Assembly (NCBI GenBank): GCA_041661265.1
Contig: JBAZUT010000003.1
Span: forward strand, 15,191-79,190
Origin: Minisyncoccota bacterium
GTDB taxonomy: Bacteria; Patescibacteriota; Minisyncoccia; JAHIHE01; JAGLIN01
Direction of reading: 5' to 3'
DNA: 64,000 nt
In this document: in pieces, positions 47,624-57,658 of the stretch
Layout of the letters: every line of letters begins with the position of its first letter
Numbering within the stretch: the stretch's first letter is position 1
Notes under the pieces: model-generated
Seen by the model: the letters and a program-made list of their open reading frames with translations, nothing else
The model's database searches: none
Told to the model about the DNA's origin: nothing
Program-made: the position numbers and the translations under genes

Positions 47624-48454
47624 ATGAATAATAAATTCATATTAGCAATAATTGTTGTTGTCAGCGCACCGATGGTTGCGGCTTATTTGTGGTATAAGAC
47701 TGACGAACTGTCCCCGGAACCTGTTAAAGAAAACATGTCCTATTATGAGATTGTAAAAGAAGACGAAAAATGCGCTGACAATTGTTTTTTGGAATATATC
47801 GTTATGTCAGATGGCGTGGTCATGGAGAAATATATAAAAGATTTCAACAATAAAGAAAAGAACGGAATAAGGATGCTGAATGCGGGTGTTGAAGTGGAAA
47901 AGCTATTCGAAAAAGTTGCGTTATTTTTTAATAAATACGGAACAAATGACGGCATCAGCTGCGAGAGCTGTTCGTCATATCATTTATATTACTCGGGACG
48001 CGACGGCAGGAGATCGTTCGCGACAATAGAAGGAAGCAACGATTCGGAGGTCGTGAATATTCTTAGCGCCACTATGGATCTCATTGCAAAAGCAAGCGAG
48101 GGTAATGTTGATTTTTTTCATTTTTATTACGGCAAAAAAGACGGCGGATATCTTGATTATCATATTTTCACGGATGGCGTGATAATCCGTGAGGTGTTCG
48201 GCAAACGGAACGGCCAACTTCTGGAGTCGGATATTTATCGGTCAGATGGCAAAAGGATAGCTGATGTCATAAATTTAACGAAGGCGGATTTTTTTAATGA
48301 GAATAGTGAAATCAAGTTTTGCAACAACAGGGAGTTTCTATGGGGTTATCTTGAAGTAAAAACGCGAGAAAGCTATAATTACATATATACATGCGGCGAC
48401 GGAAAGAATGATTCCGACATAATCTTCGATTATTTATATAATAATTTTGAATAG
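47624..48454 (+). CDS. Exported hypothetical protein with internal duplication
   Basis: TM anchor; EYIVMSDGVV and DYHIFTDGVI repeats; Cys pairs. Confidence 0.6.
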   Translation: MNNKFILAIIVVVSAPMVAAYLWYKTDELSPEPVKENMSYYEIVKEDEKCADNCFLEYIVMSDGVVMEKYIKDFNNKEKNGIRMLNAGVEVEKLFEKVALFFNKYGTNDGISCESCSSYHLYYSGRDGRRSFATIEGSNDSEVVNILSATMDLIAKASEGNVDFFHFYYGKKDGGYLDYHIFTDGVIIREVFGKRNGQLLESDIYRSDGKRIADVINLTKADFFNENSEIKFCNNREFLWGYLEVKTRESYNYIYTCGDGKNDSDIIFDYLYNNFE

Positions 48455-49369
48455 ATGAAATATACGGCAATATCCATATCGATTATCGCTGTTTGTTTCG
48501 CAAAAATTGCGGAAGCGATCATTATAGTCCCTCCGATCATTTATATTGCCACCTTTTCCGTCGGATCATTTGTATTGAATACATTTATGATGACGGCCGT
48601 CTATATGGCTGGCCGGGGACTTGTGGATCGTTTTTATCTCGGGAAGCAGATGCATGAAATTGTCGGCATTGCGTTTTCATATCTGGGATATATATTTGTT
48701 ATTATAGTTACGTCATTTGTTTCCATAGCCATCTTTGATCCGATCGATGCGCGAAGCCTGTTCTATGCGAGCGTTTTCTCTACCTTTTTGAGCTTTCTTA
48801 TGATGGCTCTGAATAATTTCAGAAAATACACGCTTGCAGATTCGCACAAGAGGAATGAGATTGTTCTGCCGATGATAGTTTTTTCTGTGATCGTTTTTAT
48901 AATAACGTTCGTGTCTGCATATTTCTCGATCAGTACCAGCATTATAAAAAAACAGGACCTTCCGAAAAAAACGGCGGTAACCGAGGATGTGTCAAATGCT
49001 CCCAGTGTTAATTTCGGAATTAATTTTGAAGCGAGCAAGAAAATGGCCGGTGAATACAAGAAGCAGGATGCGTCCGTTGCGGCGCCTGAAACCAAGGAAG
49101 ATATTTGGTTCTATCCGTATATGAATGGAACATGCGAGATATACGTGGGAGGACGGCTCATCAAAGCTGAAATGCCATCGGGAAAATGCTTCTATTACGA
49201 TAACAGCAATAATACGAGAAGAATGATATGTCCTATATATCTGACATTTGAAGAACTGAGCAGGTCACAGCCCAAGAAGAGCGCGTTAATGCAAATAGAA
49301 GGAAGGGGTTCGTGTCTCGACAGCTACAGGGTATATATAACCGAGAGCGGATTTAAATATGTTCAATAG
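48455..49369 (+). CDS. Multi-pass membrane protein with C-terminal soluble domain
   Basis: About five hydrophobic segments. Confidence 0.6.
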   Translation: MKYTAISISIIAVCFAKIAEAIIIVPPIIYIATFSVGSFVLNTFMMTAVYMAGRGLVDRFYLGKQMHEIVGIAFSYLGYIFVIIVTSFVSIAIFDPIDARSLFYASVFSTFLSFLMMALNNFRKYTLADSHKRNEIVLPMIVFSVIVFIITFVSAYFSISTSIIKKQDLPKKTAVTEDVSNAPSVNFGINFEASKKMAGEYKKQDASVAAPETKEDIWFYPYMNGTCEIYVGGRLIKAEMPSGKCFYYDNSNNTRRMICPIYLTFEELSRSQPKKSALMQIEGRGSCLDSYRVYITESGFKYVQ

Positions 49370-49372
49370 AAA

Positions 49373-51802
49373 ATGAAAACAAAATTGAGACAAATAAAAA
49401 TTAAGGGTCTCGGAAAATTGAATATTTACGGGACGGGCGAAGGCGATGTTGTTGTGTTGGAGAAAGATGAGAATTCTTACTTTATGGGCGCGTCAAAAGA
49501 ATGTACGCAAGATTTTTTTGATAGAATATATGATGAAAATGGGCCTTTCTGGAGGCTTTATGCGAATGCAGGATTTGCGGTCAGGCCGCAACAGACCAAA
49601 TATGCCGTATATGTCGGCAACGCCTTATATTTCAGGAAAAGCGTTGAGGAAAGGTATATGTATAATGCCGGTATTGAGAAGGATTATGCCATAAAAAACA
49701 ATTACCTCATAAGAAAAACGAAATGGGATTTGCGCAATCTGATATATCTGCTGACATTGCCCTTTGATGAGGCAAGACAATTTGTAAACATGATAAAATT
49801 CAGCTTTTATGCGAATGAAATGATCCGAGGATATGAAAGATCATACAGAAGCGCCATTGAATTTTATAATTTTTATTCAAGTGAAGGAAATATTTATGAT
49901 CCTGCAAAGACGGCAAAAGAGGCAATGGAACGAGCTGTGGAAATGATGGAATATTCAATTGCGGCTTTTATATGCAATAAATACGGAATAAAATTAAAGC
50001 ATTCAAAATATATCGACGAATGCGAGCTTGAAAAGCTGTCGACTTATATCGAAACGAATAACACGATGGCGATCCTGGATGAGTTCGAATTTTATTCGCT
50101 CAATCCCTATGACATATCTGTGCCCCGGCTCTTCGAGGACGATTTTAGGATCAATAAATTTTCAGGTTTCAAGGTGCCCGGCGATAATTCATTAAGATGG
50201 AGAGAAAATGTAAAATTCATAGTTGCGAGATACATGCATATAATGAGGATGTGCTATAAACTGATAGGAGACAATAGTAAAATGGGCGATCTTATATTCT
50301 ATTTGAAGATAAATGAATTAAGCAAAATCGATCCGGATGCGGAAGGATCGGTCCGGGACCTCATTGATGTTGCGCTAAAAAGAAAAAATGATCTTGAAAC
50401 GATAAGGAATATCGGATTGCCAAGCGTTCTGGTGTATAAGAATGAAAAATATTATGAAAAGGCGGGAATCGATCTTGCCGATAAATCGAAAAATAGGCTG
50501 AACGCGATAAGTGTATCGTCAAAGAAAAGTGTCAGCGGACCCATAGTCAATATAAACAGCATGGGTGATTATGAAAAATGCGCAGAGGGTTCCATAATAC
50601 TTTCAAAAACATTATCTCCGAATCTTGTGATCCTGTTCAAGAAGGCTGCAGGGATCATAGCTGAAAGCGGGGGATCGCTGTGCCATGCCGCAATAATAGC
50701 TCGAGAGATGAATTTGCCGTGCCTGATACAATTAAAGACGAAGAACGGCATCCCGGATGGAAGCATTGTAAGGCTGGACGGCAAAAATGCGACAGTTACG
50801 ATATTGGATGCTGAAAAAAAGGCTGAAAAAGAAACAACTCACAACGAACTGAACAAAGCTAGTGCAGAGCTGGAGACCGCGCGCAAAAATCCGGATCAGT
50901 CCGTGCACGAAAGAATTGTTCTTAACAAAGGTCAAAAGGTGGATTTTTATATGTTGAGCGGCGGAAAGCTTCAAAGCAAAAGCGCAGGAAACAAGGCGGC
51001 TAATCTTTCAGAGATATATTCTCATTTCAATGTCCCTGATGGGTTCGTCATCGACTCTGAGTATTTTAGAAAATTGAACGGCTTTGAAAGGATCGGATCC
51101 ATAGTGAGAGAAATTAATAAGGCCAATGCGTCGGAAATAGCGAAATTGGAGGAGCATTACAATGTTTTGAAAAATGAATTTTCGAATATAGAATTCTCCA
51201 GAAAATTGGCGGATGAACTTGGACTGTTCTATGAAAAACTGGCCTCACGGCTGGTTGCGGCAAGGTCCAGTTCTTCCAGTGAGGATAGCGCCAAGGCGTC
51301 TTTTGCGGGACAATTCGATTCATACATCAATATCGGCGACATTAACAATCTTGAGTATGCGATAAAGAGCTGCTGGGCTTCGTTCTATTCCCCAAGGTCT
51401 GTTGTATATAGGAAAGAAAACAGAATTAAAAATGATAGCGCAAATATGGCGATATTGGTTCAAAAAATGATCGAAGCGAAATATTCCGGAATAGCATTTT
51501 CAAAGGACATAATGAATGATAATGCAATGTCTATAGAGGTTATTCCCGGTACATGTGAAAAACTGGCATCAGGAGAGGTTTCACCGAATGTTTATATTAT
51601 CGAAAGAGAAAGCATGTCGGTGTTGAAGGTTAATGCAAATTTTGATTTCGATGACAATCTTGTCACAGGTCTTGCAACAGAGGTTCTAAAGCTCGAAAAT
51701 TATTTCAAGGCGCCGCAAGATGTCGAATGGTGCATAGATAATGAGAATAAGATATGGATAATTCAAACCAGGCCGATAACTTCGGCGTGTAAAATCAAAT
51801 AA
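49373..51802 (+). CDS. PEP-synthase/PPDK-like phosphotransferase with permuted domains
   Basis: Phospho-His domain GGSLCHAAIIARE precedes ATP-grasp (GNKAANL, RSSSSSED, SFAGQ, DVEW, QTRPIT). Confidence 0.8.
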   Translation: MKTKLRQIKIKGLGKLNIYGTGEGDVVVLEKDENSYFMGASKECTQDFFDRIYDENGPFWRLYANAGFAVRPQQTKYAVYVGNALYFRKSVEERYMYNAGIEKDYAIKNNYLIRKTKWDLRNLIYLLTLPFDEARQFVNMIKFSFYANEMIRGYERSYRSAIEFYNFYSSEGNIYDPAKTAKEAMERAVEMMEYSIAAFICNKYGIKLKHSKYIDECELEKLSTYIETNNTMAILDEFEFYSLNPYDISVPRLFEDDFRINKFSGFKVPGDNSLRWRENVKFIVARYMHIMRMCYKLIGDNSKMGDLIFYLKINELSKIDPDAEGSVRDLIDVALKRKNDLETIRNIGLPSVLVYKNEKYYEKAGIDLADKSKNRLNAISVSSKKSVSGPIVNINSMGDYEKCAEGSIILSKTLSPNLVILFKKAAGIIAESGGSLCHAAIIAREMNLPCLIQLKTKNGIPDGSIVRLDGKNATVTILDAEKKAEKETTHNELNKASAELETARKNPDQSVHERIVLNKGQKVDFYMLSGGKLQSKSAGNKAANLSEIYSHFNVPDGFVIDSEYFRKLNGFERIGSIVREINKANASEIAKLEEHYNVLKNEFSNIEFSRKLADELGLFYEKLASRLVAARSSSSSEDSAKASFAGQFDSYINIGDINNLEYAIKSCWASFYSPRSVVYRKENRIKNDSANMAILVQKMIEAKYSGIAFSKDIMNDNAMSIEVIPGTCEKLASGEVSPNVYIIERESMSVLKVNANFDFDDNLVTGLATEVLKLENYFKAPQDVEWCIDNENKIWIIQTRPITSACKIK

Positions 51803-51806
51803 AAAC

Positions 51807-52967
51807 ATGATATTAAAAGATCCTCTTTACGGTTTTATCTCAATCGGCGAGCCTTTCAAGAGCCTGATGGATACCGAGCAATTCCAGCGTTTGCGGAATA
51901 TAAAGCAGCTCGGACAAAGCTATATTGTTTATTCATCTGCAAATCATACGAGATTCGAGCATTCGATCGGAACATATTATCTTGCTCAAAAGGTCGCAGA
52001 AAATAATGCAATTGAAAATAAAGATGAATTCATTGCGGCAGCTTTATTGCATGATATCGGGCATTATCCATTCTCACATTCCATTGAGAAGGCCGTCAGG
52101 CAATTGACGGAGAAGGGCCACGAGCAGCAAAGCATTGAGATCATCAGAAATACGAATATTTCAAAAATATTAAGAGATCATGGATTGGATATTGAGCTTA
52201 TCTGCAATTATATAGAAGGAAAAGGGAAATATGCCAGCCTGATCTCGGGTCAGATCGACGTTGACCGTATGGATTATCTGAAAAGAGATTCATATTATAC
52301 GGGCGTAGCTTACGGGATTATTGAATCTGATGTTATTATCAATAATTATACGATAAAAGGCGACGACTATATAGCCGATATCAAATATCTGCCGGCATTT
52401 GAGTCCGTTCTAATCGCCAGATACCTGATGTATTCAATGGTATATATGCACCATAGGACCATAATTGCGAATACAATGCTCCGCAGCGCATTTATTGAAG
52501 CTCTTAATAACGGCGATTTTAAGATCGAAAAGCTCATTGAATTCGATGATATTGATCTCATAAGCAGATTCAGATCGTCTTCTTCTCCCGCAAAACAACT
52601 TATGGATGCCATTACGAAAAGAAATTTATACAAGGAAGCCATTATTTTCAGCAAAGATGATTTTGAAGATGCAGGTAAGATGATAGGATACGATAAAGTG
52701 CAGGAAGTCGAGGCGTTGATCGCTAAAGAATTGAAATTAAATCGGTATGAGGTGCTGATTAATATCATGGGATTTCCAAAATCAAACAAAAGCAGGATAC
52801 TGATCAGTCCTTCGATGAAAAAACTTGAGGATATATCGCCGATCGTAAGCTCTCTGAATATGGCAGAATGGAATCACTGGTTTGCCGGAGTTTATTGCCA
52901 GGAAAAGGATATTGATAAAATCCGGCAAAAAAAAGATATGATCAGGTCATATCTTATAGGAAAATAG
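51807..52967 (+). CDS. HD-domain phosphohydrolase (dNTPase/SAMHD1-like)
   Basis: FQRLRNIKQLG, HTRFEHSIG, LLHDIGH, DVDRMDYL. Confidence 0.92.
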   Translation: MILKDPLYGFISIGEPFKSLMDTEQFQRLRNIKQLGQSYIVYSSANHTRFEHSIGTYYLAQKVAENNAIENKDEFIAAALLHDIGHYPFSHSIEKAVRQLTEKGHEQQSIEIIRNTNISKILRDHGLDIELICNYIEGKGKYASLISGQIDVDRMDYLKRDSYYTGVAYGIIESDVIINNYTIKGDDYIADIKYLPAFESVLIARYLMYSMVYMHHRTIIANTMLRSAFIEALNNGDFKIEKLIEFDDIDLISRFRSSSSPAKQLMDAITKRNLYKEAIIFSKDDFEDAGKMIGYDKVQEVEALIAKELKLNRYEVLINIMGFPKSNKSRILISPSMKKLEDISPIVSSLNMAEWNHWFAGVYCQEKDIDKIRQKKDMIRSYLIGK

Positions 52968-52984
52968 CACTGAAGGATAATGTT

Positions 52985-54334
52985 CTATATAGCATTATCC
53001 TTTTTCATTATCTCAATAGCTTCTATCACCGAAAAAGCCGCGCGAGTAATGCCCATACTTCTCATATCGGCGTCAGTACCGACTAAATACAGTCCTTTAA
53101 TGGGCACTTTGGGTGAGGGAAATTCTATATTGACCTTTATGGCGCCTTTTTCCGGTATTATGGTTTGAACATGCTCAAACTCGACATTCTGTTCCGCGTT
53201 CGGGATTGCTTTGAAAATACATTCTTTCAGGTTCTTAAGCTGTTTTTCAAAACTGCTTTCTTTGAATATCGTTGTAAATCCAACCAGCTGCTTGTTCTTG
53301 GGGCATAAAGTGTTATCGTAATTAGACGAAGGAACTGCCCAAAAAGGCGTTTCTGAATCGAAAAATATTTCAGAACCTATATATGCAAACTCTGGTAATT
53401 TTTTTTTAAAACCGAGCCAAAGAGTAAAGCTAAGCGTTTGCTCGATTTTTTTCAACTGATCCGAGAACTTAGCGGGCAAGGCCCTGCAGAGGCGGGGAAG
53501 GTCTTTGGCGTAGCCTGAAAAAATCACAAGATCTGATCGATAAACCTCCTTGTGTGTTCGGACGGAGTATATCGATCCTTCTTTTGTAATAAGCTCAGTC
53601 ACATCTTCAGCCAAATGTATCTCGACATTAGGTTTATTGAATGAATTTATTGCGCAGGACGTTATGCTCTGAATGCCTCCAAGCGGATATCCCTGGGAAG
53701 AAAAATCCTGTCTTGCGATCTTCATGAATTTGCGTAAATGGCTTGTGGCGCTGCCGGTATCGCCATCCAAATATCCCGACCCGCCGAGAATCCTCCATGC
53801 AGGAGTTTCTTTTATGGATTTGCCGCTTAGGAAATATGAAACCGCATCCAGAAATCTGATCGATTTCGGCGACATATTATATTTTCCTATGAAGCTGTAT
53901 ACGCTCTGGTTCAGTATATTCTTATTGAGCGAGGAGTTAGCAACGGCGTCTATGAGAGCCCCCGAGAGCAGCAGCCGGTCTTTTTTCGAGAGAATATCGA
54001 ATTTTGCAAGCTGGATCAGCGTTAGAGGAAACTCCTGGAATTTATTCTGATATCTGACATAATACATTCCGAACGGCACGAAGCGAGGGATCACCGTAAA
54101 ATATTTTTTCATGATGAATGTTAGCGGGCCTTTCACTAAGTCCGTAATTGCGTGAGGCCCCGTGTCCACAAAATATCCATCGATCTCATAAGTACGGCAA
54201 TTCCCTCCCAAATAAGAGTTTTTTTCTATTATCAGTACTTTCTTGCCTTCCTTGGAAAGGATCAGTGCGGACAATAGACCGCTGATACCGCCCCCGACAA
54301 CTATTGCGTCATATTTTTTATTTTCAGAATTCAT
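52985..54334 (-). CDS. FAD-dependent oxidoreductase, phytoene dehydrogenase-like
   Basis: VVGGGISG, LGGNC, VDTGPH, GLYLVGTD. Confidence 0.85.
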   Translation of the reverse strand: MNSENKKYDAIVVGGGISGLLSALILSKEGKKVLIIEKNSYLGGNCRTYEIDGYFVDTGPHAITDLVKGPLTFIMKKYFTVIPRFVPFGMYYVRYQNKFQEFPLTLIQLAKFDILSKKDRLLLSGALIDAVANSSLNKNILNQSVYSFIGKYNMSPKSIRFLDAVSYFLSGKSIKETPAWRILGGSGYLDGDTGSATSHLRKFMKIARQDFSSQGYPLGGIQSITSCAINSFNKPNVEIHLAEDVTELITKEGSIYSVRTHKEVYRSDLVIFSGYAKDLPRLCRALPAKFSDQLKKIEQTLSFTLWLGFKKKLPEFAYIGSEIFFDSETPFWAVPSSNYDNTLCPKNKQLVGFTTIFKESSFEKQLKNLKECIFKAIPNAEQNVEFEHVQTIIPEKGAIKVNIEFPSPKVPIKGLYLVGTDADMRSMGITRAAFSVIEAIEIMKKDNAI

Positions 54335-54428
54335 TTTCGGAATTATTTATAATTACAGATTAATATTATGACAGATCGCATAAAAAATCAAATTGACATA
54401 TGACGGGATATGCGGATATAATTGAAAA

Positions 54429-55952
54429 ATGATAATATCAAACAAAAGATTATATCTCATAGTATTCATTACTGGCGCGATCGTCATGATCTTGGAATTG
54501 GTCGGATCGAGGATACTTGCGCCGACACTGGGAACGTCGATTTATGTCTGGACGAGTCTGATCGGAATCATTTTGGGAGCTATGAGCCTTGGATATTATC
54601 TGGGCGGACGTTTGTCCGACAAAGATCCCAATACGCAGACATTTTCGAATTTGTTGTTGATCTCCGGTCTTTTTGTTTTTTTTATCATAGTAATGAAAAA
54701 GCCCGTTCTTGATGCAAGTATTCATTTAGAATTAAAATATGCCGCTATATTTGCCGCATTGACGCTATTTTCTATCCCAGGAATATTATTAGGTGCCATA
54801 TCTCCATATTCCGTAAGACTTGCTATGAAAAATGTGGAAACCTCCGGAAACACTGTAGGCAATCTTTACGCCGTATCAACATTCGGCAGTATTATCGGCA
54901 CTTTTTTGGCCGGTTTTTATTTCATACCGAATTATGGAAGTACGAATATACTTTACGGACTCGCCATCGGTCTATGTGTCATATCACTGATCGCTAATAG
55001 CAAGAAGGATAAAGCGATAAGATTAATGCTCGTCTTTTTTTTGGCTATTGGCGTCTCCGTAGTTGCTGGCGCTTCGGAAACAAATAAATACTTAGTTGAT
55101 GAGGATAGCGAATATAATCACATAAGGGTATATGATACGACAGGTTCCGATGGAAAAACATTGCGCATCATGTCTGTCGAGAATGCCTTTGATTCCGGAA
55201 TGTATTTGGATTCAGATGAGCTGGCGTTCGCTTATTCGAAATATTTCAGACTTGCGGACCTATTCAATCGAAAAATGAAGAAAGTTGCTGTGTTCGGGGG
55301 AGCCGCTTATACAATACCCAAGGACATACTAAAAAGACATGAGGCTACTTTTGTTGATGTTGTTGAAATAGATCCAAAAACGACAAAAATCGCGGAGGAA
55401 TATTTCAATCTTGATCGGAATAATGAACGACTCGGCACATACCATATGGACGCGAGGAAGTTTCTGAACGAAAAGAGCGGTGCCGTTTCGGAAAAATACG
55501 ATGCGATCTATAATGACGCTTTCAGCTCGACTTGCACAGTACCCTTTCAATTGACAACACTGGAGGCGGTGAAGCAAATATCAGGCATGCTTAATGACGA
55601 AGGAGTATACGTAATGAATGTAATATCTTCGATAAGAGGAGAGAAGTCGGAATTTTTCAGATCTGAATTCAGAACGATGAAATCAGTGTTCAAGAACGTT
55701 TATGTGTTTGCGACGGTATCCAATGAAGAAAAATATTCCGAAATTAATCAGAATCTGGTTGTTATTGCGGTGAAAAAGGACTATGATATTGGAAATATGG
55801 CAGCGGAGAATATCGGAAACGAGTATGGCGAGATGATCACAAAGTATTGGAATGGAGGCATCGAAATCGGCGATGCGATAATATTAACTGACGACTATGC
55901 GCCCGTGGAGCATTTCACTTCAAAGCTGTGCCAGGTCGTAAACAGAAATTGA
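54429..55952 (+). CDS. Fused membrane domain / spermidine synthase-like methyltransferase
   Basis: Seven TM segments then GGAAY, VVEIDP, DAF, LTDDYAPVE. Confidence 0.9.
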   Translation: MIISNKRLYLIVFITGAIVMILELVGSRILAPTLGTSIYVWTSLIGIILGAMSLGYYLGGRLSDKDPNTQTFSNLLLISGLFVFFIIVMKKPVLDASIHLELKYAAIFAALTLFSIPGILLGAISPYSVRLAMKNVETSGNTVGNLYAVSTFGSIIGTFLAGFYFIPNYGSTNILYGLAIGLCVISLIANSKKDKAIRLMLVFFLAIGVSVVAGASETNKYLVDEDSEYNHIRVYDTTGSDGKTLRIMSVENAFDSGMYLDSDELAFAYSKYFRLADLFNRKMKKVAVFGGAAYTIPKDILKRHEATFVDVVEIDPKTTKIAEEYFNLDRNNERLGTYHMDARKFLNEKSGAVSEKYDAIYNDAFSSTCTVPFQLTTLEAVKQISGMLNDEGVYVMNVISSIRGEKSEFFRSEFRTMKSVFKNVYVFATVSNEEKYSEINQNLVVIAVKKDYDIGNMAAENIGNEYGEMITKYWNGGIEIGDAIILTDDYAPVEHFTSKLCQVVNRN

Positions 55953-55954
55953 CC

Positions 55955-57241
55955 ATGAAAAACAGAATCGAGCTCCTTGCGCCAGCCGGAAGCTATGAAA
56001 AAATGATCTATGCATTGGAATACGGAGCAGATGCCGTTTATGCGGGACTGCCTGATTTCAGTTTGAGAGCGAGAATCAATAAATTCGATGAAAATAAGAT
56101 CATTGAAGCTATTGATTATGTTCATAGAAAAAAGAGGAAAATATATATTACAGTGAATGTATTTGCTCATAATTCCCATATAAAAAAAATCGAGGCATTC
56201 TTGAAGTTATTAAAAACTCACAGACCTGATGCCATTATTGCAAGTGATCCGGGTGTGATCGAAATGATAGGCAAGCAACTTCCCGGCATGGACGTGCATC
56301 TTTCAACACAAGCGAACACTACGAACTGGCGGAGCGTGAAATTCTGGAAAGCGCAAGGAGTGAAAAGGATCATTCTTGCACGTGAATTGAATCTGGGCGA
56401 AATAGCCGAGATCCACAGGAATGTACCGGGCATCGAGTTGGAATATTTCGTACATGGAGCGATGTGCATGGCCTATTCCGGACGCTGCCTCCTCAGCTCA
56501 TGGATGACCGGAAGAAGTTCGAATCTCGGAGATTGTTCACAGAATTGCCGGTGGAGATATGACTTGGTCGAAGAAAAAAGCCCGAATGAATATATTCCCG
56601 TTGAGCAAGATATGCACGGGTCATATTTATTGAATTCAAAAGATATATGTCTTATCGATCATCTCGATGAGCTTGGGAAGGCAGGAATATCTTCATTTAA
56701 GATCGAGGGCAGGGCGAAAAGCGCGTATTATCTTGCCCAAGTGGTTAAATCTTACAGGGAAGCTATGGATATAAAGGAAAAAGGCAAGAAGAAGATCGCG
56801 AAGATCAGGGCTATAAAGCATAATCTCAGTAAACTGCAGAACAGGAGCTATAGCACAGGGTTTCTTTTTGATGAGTGTGAAAAGAAAGGATTCGAAACCA
56901 GATATTCCCATACGAGCGAAGAGCATGTTTTTGTCGGTGAAGTGATGGAGATTAAAAATGAAAAGTTAAAAATGAAAAAAGAAAATCCGGAAGACAATAG
57001 AAATCAATTAAATAATAATCTTGTGAAAATAAAAGTTCACAATGCGTTATATAAAGGAGATAAGGTTGAGATCATCAGCCCCAAAGGCAAAAACATGACC
57101 TCCAGAATTAAAAAGATCATTGAAATCGATTCCATGCAAGAATCCGATTCGGCGCATGGGGGCCAGAACAAAATGGTTTATGTCAGCTTGGGGGTGAAAC
57201 CTGAAAAATATAGCATAATAAGAAAATACAAACACAGCTAG
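55955..57241 (+). CDS. U32 family protein (TrhP-like tRNA hydroxylation)
   Basis: ELLAPAG, GADAVY, HGAMCMAYSGRC, KIEGRAK; start moved to MKNRIELL. Confidence 0.88.
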   Translation: MKNRIELLAPAGSYEKMIYALEYGADAVYAGLPDFSLRARINKFDENKIIEAIDYVHRKKRKIYITVNVFAHNSHIKKIEAFLKLLKTHRPDAIIASDPGVIEMIGKQLPGMDVHLSTQANTTNWRSVKFWKAQGVKRIILARELNLGEIAEIHRNVPGIELEYFVHGAMCMAYSGRCLLSSWMTGRSSNLGDCSQNCRWRYDLVEEKSPNEYIPVEQDMHGSYLLNSKDICLIDHLDELGKAGISSFKIEGRAKSAYYLAQVVKSYREAMDIKEKGKKKIAKIRAIKHNLSKLQNRSYSTGFLFDECEKKGFETRYSHTSEEHVFVGEVMEIKNEKLKMKKENPEDNRNQLNNNLVKIKVHNALYKGDKVEIISPKGKNMTSRIKKIIEIDSMQESDSAHGGQNKMVYVSLGVKPEKYSIIRKYKHS

Positions 57242-57317
57242 ATCTGTGCTTATTGACTTTGTTGAAGACATGGGCTATGCTATTTTCATTCGATAAATTC
57301 GAAGCTGGAAGTGAAAA

Positions 57318-57449
57318 ATGGTAAAAGTAAAATTATTTGAAAGGATGGATTGTTCGGTTTGCGGAGGGGGAGGAATAAAGAATGGCAAGTGGTGCACTAA
57401 TTGTAGCGGCAACGGGGAAATAACTGTAATCTTTTCATTACATAAATAA
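57318..57449 (+). CDS. Small DnaJ-type zinc-finger protein, 43 aa (not in ORF track)
   Basis: CSVCGGGG...CTNCSGNG; promoter TTGACT-17-TATGCT at 57253-57281. Confidence 0.7.
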   Translation: MVKVKLFERMDCSVCGGGGIKNGKWCTNCSGNGEITVIFSLHK

Positions 57450-57658
57450 TGCTCTTGCCGATCCTACTATCCATTGCGCTTATTCAAAAAGCTGCAATTC
57501 GGTAGTTTTTTTATTTTGTGAGAAGGTTATTGACAGAAAATGCAAATCTGCTATAATAGGTATGTAATGAATACTGAACCGAAGCGACTTTTCGTCGCAA
57601 GAACCTAAGCCGGAAGCGGATGGGTTTTTTTAAAATCATAATCAATTTAAGAAATAAT

